This document shows positions 18,945 through 29,219 of a stretch of 64,000 nucleotides of DNA, in pieces. The stretch lies in IMG/VR virus record IMGVR_UViG_3300031521_000015. One strand, written 5' to 3'. Positions within the stretch are counted from its first letter, which is position 1. Every line of letters begins with the position of its first letter. The stretch is from a virus. The notes under the pieces were generated by a model. The model saw only the letters and a list, made by a program, of their open reading frames with translations, did not search any database and was not told where the DNA came from. The position numbers and the translations under genes are program-made.

Positions 18945-21713
18945 ATGGCGATGAATAAACAAATTAAACTATATTCTATAAACTTAGGAATGGTTAAAAC
19001 AGGAGATGAAAAGCAATTATATTCAATGAAGTATGTAAATGATGGCTCTATGTTCAGAATTAAGCAAAATTTATCAAATAGAATAAAGAATAAACTGGAT
19101 ACTACAGAGTGGACAAGCGAATGTAATACTATTTTTAAAAAGGAATTAAAAGAAAATATATTATATAAAATTATTAATCGAGAAAATAAAAAAATAACTA
19201 AAATGATACATAACACAATTAATGATTTTAATGAAGTTAGATACGTAGATAGTAAATATTTTAAAGAAACTAATGTAATTGCATTCTTTGATAATGTGCT
19301 TACAAGAACATTAAAATTAGAAAGTGAAGAACCTACTTTAGACTTTATAGTAATTGAAGTAGGAAATACTGATATGCTAATAGTAAAACAAGTAATAGAA
19401 AAAGGATTAATTATAATAAGTAGAGAAATGGAATATGATAAGGTAATTTCAGTTGATAATAAATATAAATTCTTTACTGCTGGAGCTGGGCAAACTCGTC
19501 AAAAGAAATTTATGATGATAAAGGAAGATGTTTGGAAAACTTACGAAGAAACATTAATGTGTGGATTGACTATAGAGCAAGTCAATAAAGTAGGGGGAAT
19601 GAACATAAATAAGTTTAATGCATATTTAAGTTTGAATAATTCGGCTTCGGAAGTGGTAGAAAATTTTGATATAGATAAATGTATTGTAGTGGACGATTTT
19701 ACAGAAATAATAAATGATACAGTTGATTATATTACAAGAGATGATGAAGTAGATAACGGGATAACAGAATATACTACAAAAGGAGGCAAGAAAGTCAAAC
19801 GAAAAAATAAAAAAACTGATTGGAGTATAAAAAGAGAAAAGAAAGATATATCTTTTGATTTTATGGATGGAGCAGGAATTTGTTTAAGTAATGTATTCAA
19901 TAAAAATACTCAAATAAGATTACCTTGGTTTAAGGGCTTGTTATGTCCCATAAATTATAAAAAATACATAGAAGAAAATAAGGATTGTTCTGTAAAGGTA
20001 AAAGACATATATGGAAAAGAGTATGATATTTTAGAAGATGATATTCAAGTTATATTTACAAAAAGTCAGTTCAAAATGTGGAAATTCTATAAAGATTGGA
20101 ATGAATATAAAACATATTTCAAGAAATATGAATGCACATGTAATAAATGTATGGAAGATGAAGACAAATTAAAGAATATGAGAATAAATTATCAAATGCT
20201 TCAAACTCTTACAGAAATGAGTGATGAAGAAATAGAATATTTAACTAAAGATGTTAAATCGTTAGTTAATGAAGTACATAGTAGTAAAGATAAACAACTT
20301 GAATTTTTAGGAGCAACCCTTGAAACAAAATATAGGGATTATATGCAAGAAATAATAAGGTTGTACCCCGAGATACTAACAAGCAAGTACATAAAAAAAC
20401 AACTAAGTGATACAATTACAAGCTTTAAGAAGGAAGCAAATAGTGGAAGAATCAAACTTCATGCAAAAAGAACTTTTATAATACCAGACTTAATACATTT
20501 TATGAGTGTATTATTTGGAAATGGACAAGACTATGCACTAGGTGAAAATGAAGTATTCTTCAATACATATAAAGATAGTAAAAGACTAGCATTATTACGT
20601 TCTCCTCATTTAAGCCGAGAATGGTGCTTAAGAAACAATATAAGTAATGAAAAAACAAAGTACTTTAAAACTAATGGAATATATGTGAGTGCTAAAGATT
20701 TGGCTTATTTGGTATTAATGTTCGATGTAGATGGAGATGAAGCCTTAGTTGTTGAGGATTGTGAGGAACAAAAATGGTTATTAGATTTGGCTGAAAAACA
20801 AATGAGTGAGTTAGTTCCTTTATATTACGAAATGGGTGGGGGAGAAGGAAAAGTTATAAATCCTATAAACATATTCAACTCTTTAAAATTTGTATATGAG
20901 AAGTCCAATATAGGTAAGGTTAGCAATACATTGACAAATATATTTTCAAAAGATGATTCTGAAAAAAATATGGATAACATAAAAAAGCTATGTGCATATA
21001 ATAACTGGATAATTGATAGTGCAAAAAAATTAGAGCTTCCTAAACTGCCAAAAGATATAAAACAACTAATGAATAATAAATTATATCCATACTTTTTTCA
21101 ATTTGCAAAGAACAAAAAAAGAAATGAGTGTAGAGATATAGGAAACGGAGTAATTGATAGAATTTGTAAGAGTATTAGCAATATAAAAAATACAGATTTT
21201 GATTATTCAAAAGGGTTTGGAAGATTTAATTTAAAGAAATTATTACATAATAACAAAATAGAAATAGATTATAATGTTATTGATTTTTATTTGAAGTTAG
21301 AAAATAGTACAAGAATACTTATTAATCAATATGCAACTAAATATAAGGAGGAAGATGCAGAATTTAATTATAAAGAATTAGCTTATAATCAAGCTAAAGA
21401 AGATACCTTAAAATATTCAAAAGAGATGAATATTGATTATTTAGATTTAATAGATATGATAATTAAATATGCATTTAATGAGGACGAAATGAAACTAGCT
21501 TTTATATTTAATGTATTTGGAGCAGTAATAATCAATAATCTAAATAACAATTTAGAATTATCATTAAATGATGAGACTGTTGAAATGTGTGATTGTTGTG
21601 GCAAAAGATTTGAAAAGAAGTCAAATAATGCAAAATATTGTTATAAGTGTGCTAAAGACATAGAAAAAGAACTAACAAAGGAAAGAGTAAGAAAATTTAG
21701 AAATAAAGAATAA
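18945..21713 (+). CDS. yonO: YonO-type single-subunit phage RNA polymerase (RdRP-like fold)
   Basis: AGQTRQKK, DGAG, QIRLPWFKG, RSPH and catalytic FDVDGD; AGGAG RBS before 18945. Confidence 0.9.
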   Translation: MAMNKQIKLYSINLGMVKTGDEKQLYSMKYVNDGSMFRIKQNLSNRIKNKLDTTEWTSECNTIFKKELKENILYKIINRENKKITKMIHNTINDFNEVRYVDSKYFKETNVIAFFDNVLTRTLKLESEEPTLDFIVIEVGNTDMLIVKQVIEKGLIIISREMEYDKVISVDNKYKFFTAGAGQTRQKKFMMIKEDVWKTYEETLMCGLTIEQVNKVGGMNINKFNAYLSLNNSASEVVENFDIDKCIVVDDFTEIINDTVDYITRDDEVDNGITEYTTKGGKKVKRKNKKTDWSIKREKKDISFDFMDGAGICLSNVFNKNTQIRLPWFKGLLCPINYKKYIEENKDCSVKVKDIYGKEYDILEDDIQVIFTKSQFKMWKFYKDWNEYKTYFKKYECTCNKCMEDEDKLKNMRINYQMLQTLTEMSDEEIEYLTKDVKSLVNEVHSSKDKQLEFLGATLETKYRDYMQEIIRLYPEILTSKYIKKQLSDTITSFKKEANSGRIKLHAKRTFIIPDLIHFMSVLFGNGQDYALGENEVFFNTYKDSKRLALLRSPHLSREWCLRNNISNEKTKYFKTNGIYVSAKDLAYLVLMFDVDGDEALVVEDCEEQKWLLDLAEKQMSELVPLYYEMGGGEGKVINPINIFNSLKFVYEKSNIGKVSNTLTNIFSKDDSEKNMDNIKKLCAYNNWIIDSAKKLELPKLPKDIKQLMNNKLYPYFFQFAKNKKRNECRDIGNGVIDRICKSISNIKNTDFDYSKGFGRFNLKKLLHNNKIEIDYNVIDFYLKLENSTRILINQYATKYKEEDAEFNYKELAYNQAKEDTLKYSKEMNIDYLDLIDMIIKYAFNEDEMKLAFIFNVFGAVIINNLNNNLELSLNDETVEMCDCCGKRFEKKSNNAKYCYKCAKDIEKELTKERVRKFRNKE

Positions 21714-22302
21714 TCATGTAACGGAATAGAAAGTATACTCTAACACGCATGGTTATCACGTTTATAAGTGGTCAACATAAAAAATATATTTTATAAAAAT
21801 GGGTTATAAGCTAGTGATACCAACGTTTGTAGCGTTTTGGTCAAATTCTGTAAATGGAAAAGAAAAGACTGAGAAGTCGTAAATTATCAGCACAATGTCT
21901 AAGTGTGCAAAGGAGTTGTATTGATATTAAAGTACAATCCAGTAGGGTAGATTATGCCTAGCATATTTGCCCTACATAAAAAATAAAACAAATTAAAATA
22001 AAATAAAAAGATAGTATTGCTCAATTTTGAGTTTATTATACCAACGCCCTTAAGTGGGCGAAATACCTTTCATTAATTCATTTTTCATAACTCCCTTTAT
22101 TAATATTTTAATCTCTCTCCTGACATTGGCAAGGTACAAACAGGTATTCTTGCCTTGTTGGAGAAAGAAATAAGTAGGAGTAATATGAGTTTGTAATAAA
22201 TTAATGTATAAAGAAATACAGATTTAATAAGATTAATTCAACTTAATTGTTGTTTTAAATAAATTATAGGGTTGCGAACTGATTACGCAAGGAGGAATAG
22301 AA

Positions 22303-22773
22303 ATGGATAATAAAACAATTGAACAAAATAGAGATTCTTTAATTGAATCACTGATAACCGAAGAAAATGAATTACTACAAAAGATCAAACATTCAAGAGA
22401 TAATAAGGATTTTGGTACTTATAAGAATCTAATTAGAGCTTTAGCAGATGTAACTTCTTTGAAACAAAAGGAATTAGCTAATATACCTAGAGAAACTTGG
22501 ATAGAAAAGAGTTCTCATTATTACGAGGGTAGAGAAATAGAAAAAGGCGATAATGAATATATTGCCACTTGGGAACAAAAAGGTGATGAAATAAGAAATC
22601 ATAGAACATTTAAAGTAGAAAAAGAAGTACCTACTATAAAAATTGAGCTGAGTAATGATTATATTATAGAAGAAGATAGATTAACTATTCCTATGAAGAT
22701 TGGGAAGTATAATTATGAAATTCATGCTAGAAAAATTGATAATAAGTGGGTTACTGAAAGCAAAAGTATATAA
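22303..22773 (+). CDS. Hypothetical protein
   Basis: 156 aa, AGGAGG RBS. Confidence 0.7.
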   Translation: MDNKTIEQNRDSLIESLITEENELLQKIKHSRDNKDFGTYKNLIRALADVTSLKQKELANIPRETWIEKSSHYYEGREIEKGDNEYIATWEQKGDEIRNHRTFKVEKEVPTIKIELSNDYIIEEDRLTIPMKIGKYNYEIHARKIDNKWVTESKSI

Positions 22774-22880
22774 AATATAACTTTTAAATGACAAATTAAT
22801 GTATAAACAAATAGTAAATATCCCTAATTAAAGGGTTATAAATAAATTAAATTAAAACAGAGAGAAAGAGGAGAAATATT

Positions 22881-23132
22881 ATGTTATTAAATAAAGATAG
22901 AAAAGAAGAGTTGTTCGCACAAGGAGAATTTAAGTCAAAAGCTGAAAGATCAAGAGTCGCTAAAGCCAATGAAGAAGCTCGAGGTGCAGAATTAAATGCA
23001 GTTATAAAAGAATATACAGATTTCTTAAAAGTTGGTGAAAAATTAGTAATTGGTAATTTACATATAGAAAAGAAGCTAAAAGATGAAGAAGTAATTATTA
23101 AAGTTAAATATGTAGAACCAAAGGTTAAGTAA
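22881..23132 (+). CDS. Divergent HU-like protein lacking the DNA-binding arm
   Basis: AVIKEYTDFLKVGEKLVIG resembles the HU core; position similar to SPbeta yonN. Confidence 0.4.
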   Translation: MLLNKDRKEELFAQGEFKSKAERSRVAKANEEARGAELNAVIKEYTDFLKVGEKLVIGNLHIEKKLKDEEVIIKVKYVEPKVK

Positions 23133-23249
23133 TTAAATAAATTGGATATATCAAAAGAGATTTAATTGAGTTTTACTTATATTAAGTCTCTCTTTGACTA
23201 TTATTCACTTTGTCAATAGACATAATATATAATAGAGGGAGACTTACTT

Positions 23250-24725
23250 ATGAGCAAAAAGAATAAGGATAATGATATAATTTTAAGTTTTGTCGGTGGA
23301 AGTAGGGACGATATTTGTGGATCTGCTTTATTAATTAGCTATCCTATAGGAAATGACAAACATAAATGCGTTTGTCTAGAATGTGGCATGATACAAGGAG
23401 AATCAAAACCAGAGATAGAATATTCAATGAATAAAAAAATGGTTGAAAATATTCCAGTAGGAGGTATTTCGGGAGTGTTTTTAATGCACTCCCACGTCTG
23501 AGTAGACCATATTGGGAACACACCTATATTTGGACAAGATATATTCAAAGGTGAAATAATTACAACAGAAGAATGTTTAATGATATCTAAAGAATTATTA
23601 AAAGATAGTGTGTATTTACATGATTGTTTAATAAAAGGTTTAAAAGCAAAAGGGAAAAGACCTAAAAACTTATATACTGAATTAGATATGTATAAGATGT
23701 TAGAGAAGGTAAAAACAGTTGAAACACATCAAGTATATAAATTTGATGATTGGTTAAGTTATGAATTTTATAATTCTGGACATGTATTAGGTGGTACTCA
23801 ATTGAAACTTACTTTTAGACTACCTAACAATAATATAAAATCCTTAGTTTACACAAGCGATTTGGGATCAGATTACAATTTAAAATATAAACCATTTGTA
23901 AAGAAAAGAGATATAATTCCTAAGGCTTCAATGTACGTTTTTGAGGCAACTTATTCAAACTCTGAAAAGTGCTTTGATAAAAATTTAGTAGAAAAAGAAA
24001 GAAATGAACTAAAAGAAACTTTAACTAAATATTTAAAAAGTGGACACCGAGTATTTTTTCCTTCCTTTTCTTTCGGGCGTACCCAAGAGTTACAATTTTT
24101 AATAAATTCGTTTTTTAAAGATGAAGAATGGTTTAATGAAATACCAGTAACAATTGATGGAAGATTAACTAATTCTATATGTGATACTTATAGCAAGATA
24201 TTAAAATATGATGAATTTGAGGACTGGGAGAGAATAAAAAACTGGAAGAATTTTCGTTATAATAAAGAATATAAAGGTACTTTGGGAATATTATCTAAAA
24301 GAGAATGTGGAATTTACATAAGTTCTAGTGGATTTGTTCAACCTAAAACACGTAGTTGTGACTATGTTAAAAATTTTATGGGAGTTACAGGAGATCTAAT
24401 TTGTTTCGTAGGATATTACGGAGCTGAAGGTTCAATTTCTCATGAATTAGTTACTAGACCAATAGGCACTCCTATTAAAATTGATGGAAGTACATTAATA
24501 AAAAGTTGTGATGTTCTTACTCAGAAAACATTTTCGAGCCACATTCAACAAGAAGAAATTTTTAGCTACTGGAGTCAAATAAACACAAATAAGATTCTAA
24601 TACACCATTGTACTGAAGAAGGAAAAATTGAAATGAAAGAAAAGGGAACTGAATATCTACAAAGTAAAAATAAAACAACTAAAATTGTAGGAGTAAGTAA
24701 ATTTGCTTCACAATTCATTTTATAA
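23250..24725 (+). CDS. Metallo-beta-lactamase/beta-CASP nuclease interrupted by in-frame TGA (23499-23501)
   Basis: GSALL..LECG, HSHV*VDHIG, SGHVLGG, YTSDLG, EATY, GRTQE, FSSH; both ORF halves are in the same frame. Confidence 0.85.
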
Positions 24726-24758
24726 ACAAATTAATGTAGAAATAAGGAGAGAAATAGA

Positions 24759-24881
24759 ATGAAAAATTCAACTAAGCGTACATTATCAGGATTTAACTAT
24801 CAGTCCTTAAATAATTTACAAAACCAACCAATTAAAATGTTAAATGAAAAGAAAAAGAATAACGAAAAGGTGGAGAAATAA
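24759..24881 (+). CDS. Small hypothetical protein (40 aa)
   Basis: AAGGAG RBS; fills the gap before the yonK-like gene. Confidence 0.4.
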   Translation: MKNSTKRTLSGFNYQSLNNLQNQPIKMLNEKKKNNEKVEK

Positions 24882-24883
24882 TT

Positions 24884-25075
24884 ATGAAAGAAACTAAAAA
24901 TGTAAGTTTTTCAAAAGCAGTAATAACTGAGGAAGATGGAGAATTTAAGATTACAGAAGTTGGAAAAGATGATTCTAAAACATACAATCTAACAAATCAA
25001 ATTAGAAAATGGATTGGAGAAGACGGACTAACTGTAACAATTAAAAAGGATAATGATATACCATCTGAAGAATAA
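24884..25075 (+). CDS. yonK: YonK-like protein
   Basis: ITEVGKDDSKTYNL..IRKWIG..LTVTIKKDNDIP resembles SPbeta YonK; syntenic. Confidence 0.6.
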   Translation: MKETKNVSFSKAVITEEDGEFKITEVGKDDSKTYNLTNQIRKWIGEDGLTVTIKKDNDIPSEE

Positions 25076-25080
25076 AATGT

Positions 25081-25730
25081 GAACAAAGGCATGTACTAGA
25101 AATAGACGTGACCTTTCATTAAAAGAACTGTTTTATTTGCTTATCTACCATGTGTAGAATAAGAGCGTTGGAATTCGTATTCGATAACCAACTATTTAAA
25201 GTGGAAGTTTAGACTAAGTTGAAATATGCTTAGTTAATCTTCATACCTCAGTATTGCAAACTAAGGGTTTTTGTGATAATAGAATTGTGTATTCTTCGGA
25301 AATAATTCTATATTATTGGCTGATGATACTTATGAGATTGATAGAATTGTAAGTGGAAGTCTTCTAATGGTTTTAGGTGATCCATTGATATCTTACTCAT
25401 ATTATGAGGAAATAGAAAAACCTATGATACAATTTACGCTTCACAATGTGCGACAAAAATACATTGTATTAGTGGTGAGAACGATACAATTGACGTTCAA
25501 AAGGCACAAGGAGTTGATATAGGTTGTCTTCTTAAGAGTGGATGGATATCCCACAAAACCTACTACAAAATAATTCTTCACAAGGCTATGACTTTACTAC
25601 TTAAAGTTAACCCTCAAATAGTGCCGATTATATAATAGTTGAAGTACAAAACTATTACTGCATAAGATTAGTGGTTTTCCATACGGGTGCAGATTCTTAA
25701 ATAATTCCAGATAAGTTTATGGAATATTAT
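25081..25730 (+). ncRNA. Candidate large structured ncRNA
   Basis: More than 10 consecutive hairpins, a UUCG loop, long-range GGCAC/GTGCC pairing, no credible CDS. Confidence 0.55.
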
Positions 25731-25855
25731 CTCAATTTATATTATAAACTAAAATATTCAATATGTAAATAGAAAATAAATTAAATATATAATAAAACTC
25801 ACATAGGTATTGTGAGCTTTTAATATGTTTAAAATTAATTAAAAATTAAAATAAG

Positions 25856-26083
25856 ATGGAGAGATATGAGATGGTTATGAAAAACGATGGTAGGGAATCA
25901 ACTAAAATGAAAAAGAATAAGCAACACAAAAAATATAAGGATAGAAAATGTAGTAATAAGGAATGTGGAAATTTGTTAAACATTGATGAAATGGTAATTA
26001 ACAATGATTATGATATATTACCTGATGGTAGTTATGCTTTTTATTGTTCTTATTGTGACAATACTGAAATTGTAAAATTATAA
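25856..26083 (+). CDS. Small zinc-ribbon protein
   Basis: CSNKEC and CSYC. Confidence 0.55.
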   Translation: MERYEMVMKNDGRESTKMKKNKQHKKYKDRKCSNKECGNLLNIDEMVINNDYDILPDGSYAFYCSYCDNTEIVKL

Positions 26084-26136
26084 TCTAAATAAAATAAAAG
26101 ATTAAATAAGAATATAATAATGAGGGAGAAATTATT

Positions 26137-27153
26137 ATGAATGATGAAAAGTTAAAAATAAGACAAAATGAAGAAAAAGAAGAATATATTTGGAGAATGT
26201 ACGAAAATAAAATTGCCAATGAACTAACTAATAATCAAGTTAGAGATGTAATATGTAATATGTTAAACATCAATGTCAGAGAAAGTTATTTAAGAGGAAT
26301 AGCAAAAAACTTCGGGATAGGATATAAAAAGAAAGAAATAAATGATAACTTTGACAAATCAGTTATGATTATTAATGATATTCACGCACCTTTTGAAAGA
26401 GAAGATTTATTAGAGATAATAACAAAACATGCGAATGAAATTGACACCTTAGTTATTGGTGGAGATTTTATGGATTGTGAAACCATTTCTAGTTTTCCTA
26501 AGATAAATAGAAGTAGTCTTAATGAAGAATTGATCTATTCATATAATTTAATGAAGAAAATCAGAAAGATATTAAACAAAGGTCAAAGAATTGTATTAAT
26601 AAATGGAAACCACGAAGAAAGGCTTAAAATGATGATTTCTAAAATGCATGAGAAAGACTTACAAAAATTTATCAATCCTAATATTTTAGAAATGTTGGTA
26701 GATGGATTTACCATTTATGAAGATAACAAGAAAATAAAATATGAGGGTGTTCAAGGGGTCACATATATACCACATTGGTATGTTAATATTGATAATAAAA
26801 TAATAATATCACATCCAAAAGATTTTTCAGGTGTTGATGGTAAGATGTGTGAGAAGATAAGTGAACATTTTTTAAATAAACATGAGGAATTTGAGATACT
26901 TTTATTTGCACATACTCATAAGTATAGTCAAATGAAAGTTAGCAGAAGACAAGGCGTTTATGTAGTTGAAAATGGTTGCTTGTGTAAAAATCACGAGTAC
27001 GCTGATATAGGGAAGCTTGGCTACACACCACAGGACTATTGCTATACAATTATAAAATATAATAATGAAGAGAAAATAAATTATAACAATATTCAAGTTT
27101 ATCATTTAGATGACTTAGAAACAAAACAAGAAAATTATAAAGTATTTATTTAA
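26137..27153 (+). CDS. Calcineurin-like metallophosphoesterase
   Basis: DIH, GDFMD, GNHE, HTH motifs. Confidence 0.85.
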   Translation: MNDEKLKIRQNEEKEEYIWRMYENKIANELTNNQVRDVICNMLNINVRESYLRGIAKNFGIGYKKKEINDNFDKSVMIINDIHAPFEREDLLEIITKHANEIDTLVIGGDFMDCETISSFPKINRSSLNEELIYSYNLMKKIRKILNKGQRIVLINGNHEERLKMMISKMHEKDLQKFINPNILEMLVDGFTIYEDNKKIKYEGVQGVTYIPHWYVNIDNKIIISHPKDFSGVDGKMCEKISEHFLNKHEEFEILLFAHTHKYSQMKVSRRQGVYVVENGCLCKNHEYADIGKLGYTPQDYCYTIIKYNNEEKINYNNIQVYHLDDLETKQENYKVFI

Positions 27154-27177
27154 CAAATTAATTTAATGAGGTGTAAT

Positions 27178-27342
27178 ATGAATACAAAAATCATAATAAA
27201 TCCAACTATAGCTAGGCAACTTTTACATAAAGGACATGCTATAGTAGATATTAAACCTAAAAAAGAAAATCAAAAAGAAACTGTATTTGTATTTGATAAT
27301 ACAGAACAATTTAAAAATGATTTGACTTCTATTTCTAAATAG
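27178..27342 (+). CDS. Small DUF5659-like protein (54 aa)
   Basis: GAGGTG RBS; IARQLLHKGHAIVDIKPKKEN..TVFVF. Confidence 0.65.
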   Translation: MNTKIIINPTIARQLLHKGHAIVDIKPKKENQKETVFVFDNTEQFKNDLTSISK

Positions 27343-27389
27343 GAGTCTTTTTATTATAAAAAATTCATAGAAAGAAGGAATATATAGAA

Positions 27390-28187
27390 ATGGAGAAATA
27401 TTATGGATTTGTTTATATAACAACAAACATGATAAATGGAAAAAGATACATAGGACAACATAAATTTAAAAAAGATTGGAAATATTATTTGGGTAGTGGA
27501 GTAATAATAAAAAGAGCTATTAAAAAATATGGACGAGAAAACTTTGTACGTGATATAGTGGCATTAACCTATACAAAAGAAGAATTAAATCATTTAGAAG
27601 AAGAATTTATAAAAAATTATAATGCAGTATATGATGATAATTATTATAATATATCAAGTGCTTCAATGGGTGGCAATGGAACTATGGACGGAAAAACAGA
27701 GGAAGAAATTAAAATTATAAGGCATAAGATGAGTGAATCACATAAAAAGTATACTCAAGAAAATAGCTATTGGTTTGGGAAAAATAAAACAGATGAAACA
27801 AAAGATAAAATAAGCAATTCATTAAAAGGAAGATTTGTAGGTGATAAACACCCTTTATATGGAATAAGAAGATTAGACATGGAGGGAGAAAATCATCCAC
27901 AAGCGAAAAGAGTAATTTGCATTACAACTGACAAAGTATTCAATACAATAAAAGAAGCAGGAGAATATTATAATATTAAATCTCCTTCTCATATCGGAGG
28001 ATGTTGTAGACGTGAAAGAAATTATTGTGGAAAATTAGATGATGGAACTAGACTAGAATGGCAGTATTATGAGGATTGTGATAGTGTTGATAAAGTTCAA
28101 TGTACTACACACGCAAGTCAATCACTGATTGTAGTTAACTATGATGGTGTTGAATATATTAGAGATATAAATTTACAAATCAATTAG
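27390..28187 (+). CDS. GIY-YIG homing endonuclease with NUMOD3/NUMOD1 domains
   Basis: GFVYITTNMINGKRYIGQ, YLGSG, ETKDKIS, KRVIC..F.TIKEA. Confidence 0.9.
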   Translation: MEKYYGFVYITTNMINGKRYIGQHKFKKDWKYYLGSGVIIKRAIKKYGRENFVRDIVALTYTKEELNHLEEEFIKNYNAVYDDNYYNISSASMGGNGTMDGKTEEEIKIIRHKMSESHKKYTQENSYWFGKNKTDETKDKISNSLKGRFVGDKHPLYGIRRLDMEGENHPQAKRVICITTDKVFNTIKEAGEYYNIKSPSHIGGCCRRERNYCGKLDDGTRLEWQYYEDCDSVDKVQCTTHASQSLIVVNYDGVEYIRDINLQIN

Positions 28188-28210
28188 TTAAAAAATAAAA
28201 TAAAGGATTA

Positions 28211-28807
28211 ATGGTGAAAGTAATGGGAGAATATCAAGTAATAAATCCGATACATAATGAAATAAAGATAAATTCTGCTTTAAGGGATAAAACAGTATAT
28301 TTAGTAGGACAAATTGATGATGATACTTCATTAGAAATAACTCATTTTCTACGTAGGATCAATGACAATGATTTAAAATCAAACAATATAAATAAACAAA
28401 TCACAATAATCATTGATTCCTATGGTGGTTCAGTGTGGTCTGGAAATGCAATTATTGGAATGATGAATTATTTAAAATCTAAAGGATACACAATTACAGG
28501 AATAGTACAATCTATGTGCTTCAGCATGGCATTCGATATTTTATGCAACTGTGACAAAAGATATGGATATTCTCATTCTGAATATATGATACACCAAAGT
28601 CAAGGTGGTAATCCTTATGGGGCATTAGTGAAAGCTGAAAGAATGGTTGCATATAATAAAAAGCAATGGAATAAATCTGTTGAATATTATATTAAAGATA
28701 CTAAAATCACAAGAGAACAAATAGAAAACTTATACGAAACAGATTTAGAATGGTTTATGTTGAGTGAAGAAGCTTTGGAATTAAATGTTATTAATAAAAT
28801 AATATAG
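28211..28807 (+). CDS. clpP: ClpP-like protease subunit
   Basis: IDSYGGSV, FSMA (catalytic Ser), MIHQ, LSEEALEL. Confidence 0.8.
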   Translation: MVKVMGEYQVINPIHNEIKINSALRDKTVYLVGQIDDDTSLEITHFLRRINDNDLKSNNINKQITIIIDSYGGSVWSGNAIIGMMNYLKSKGYTITGIVQSMCFSMAFDILCNCDKRYGYSHSEYMIHQSQGGNPYGALVKAERMVAYNKKQWNKSVEYYIKDTKITREQIENLYETDLEWFMLSEEALELNVINKII

Positions 28808-28817
28808 AAGGATATAG

Positions 28818-29201
28818 GTGAGAGAAATGTGTGATATTAATGAAAATGAATTAAATGAAGATATGGAAGATGATACATCATTGGAATCTTTATCTAAAGA
28901 TGAATTGATTGATGTAATTGAACAGCTAATGAACTCAAAAGATGTAGAAGTTAATACTGAAAATATACAAAACCTTGGTTTAAACGAAAAAGAATTTGCA
29001 AAAGGATTGTCATCAGTGTCTCTAATAGCTGGTCAATATACTGGGCTAAAAAATGTTGGAATTGATAGTGCAAGTGCTATTGATATATTAATTAATATGG
29101 CTAATACAGAATTCAATCTAAAATTAAATGAAATGACATGCACTAATAATAAAGCAGTTGCAGGAATTCAACAAACAATATCTGAACAAAATCAAGTATA
29201 A
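28818..29201 (+). CDS. Hypothetical protein
   Basis: 127-aa ORF in operon. Confidence 0.65.
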   Translation: MREMCDINENELNEDMEDDTSLESLSKDELIDVIEQLMNSKDVEVNTENIQNLGLNEKEFAKGLSSVSLIAGQYTGLKNVGIDSASAIDILINMANTEFNLKLNEMTCTNNKAVAGIQQTISEQNQV

Positions 29202-29219
29202 AGGTGAGGTAAAGAATTA

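Noticed and set aside
23499-23501. TGA as selenocysteine or genome-wide TGA reassignment
   Set aside because: Inserting a residue would mis-space the HxHxDH motif, and other genes (ending 1083, 34304, 44480) use TGA as a normal stop
25316-25522. 68-aa ORF
   Set aside because: TTG start without RBS inside a densely base-paired region; more likely non-coding
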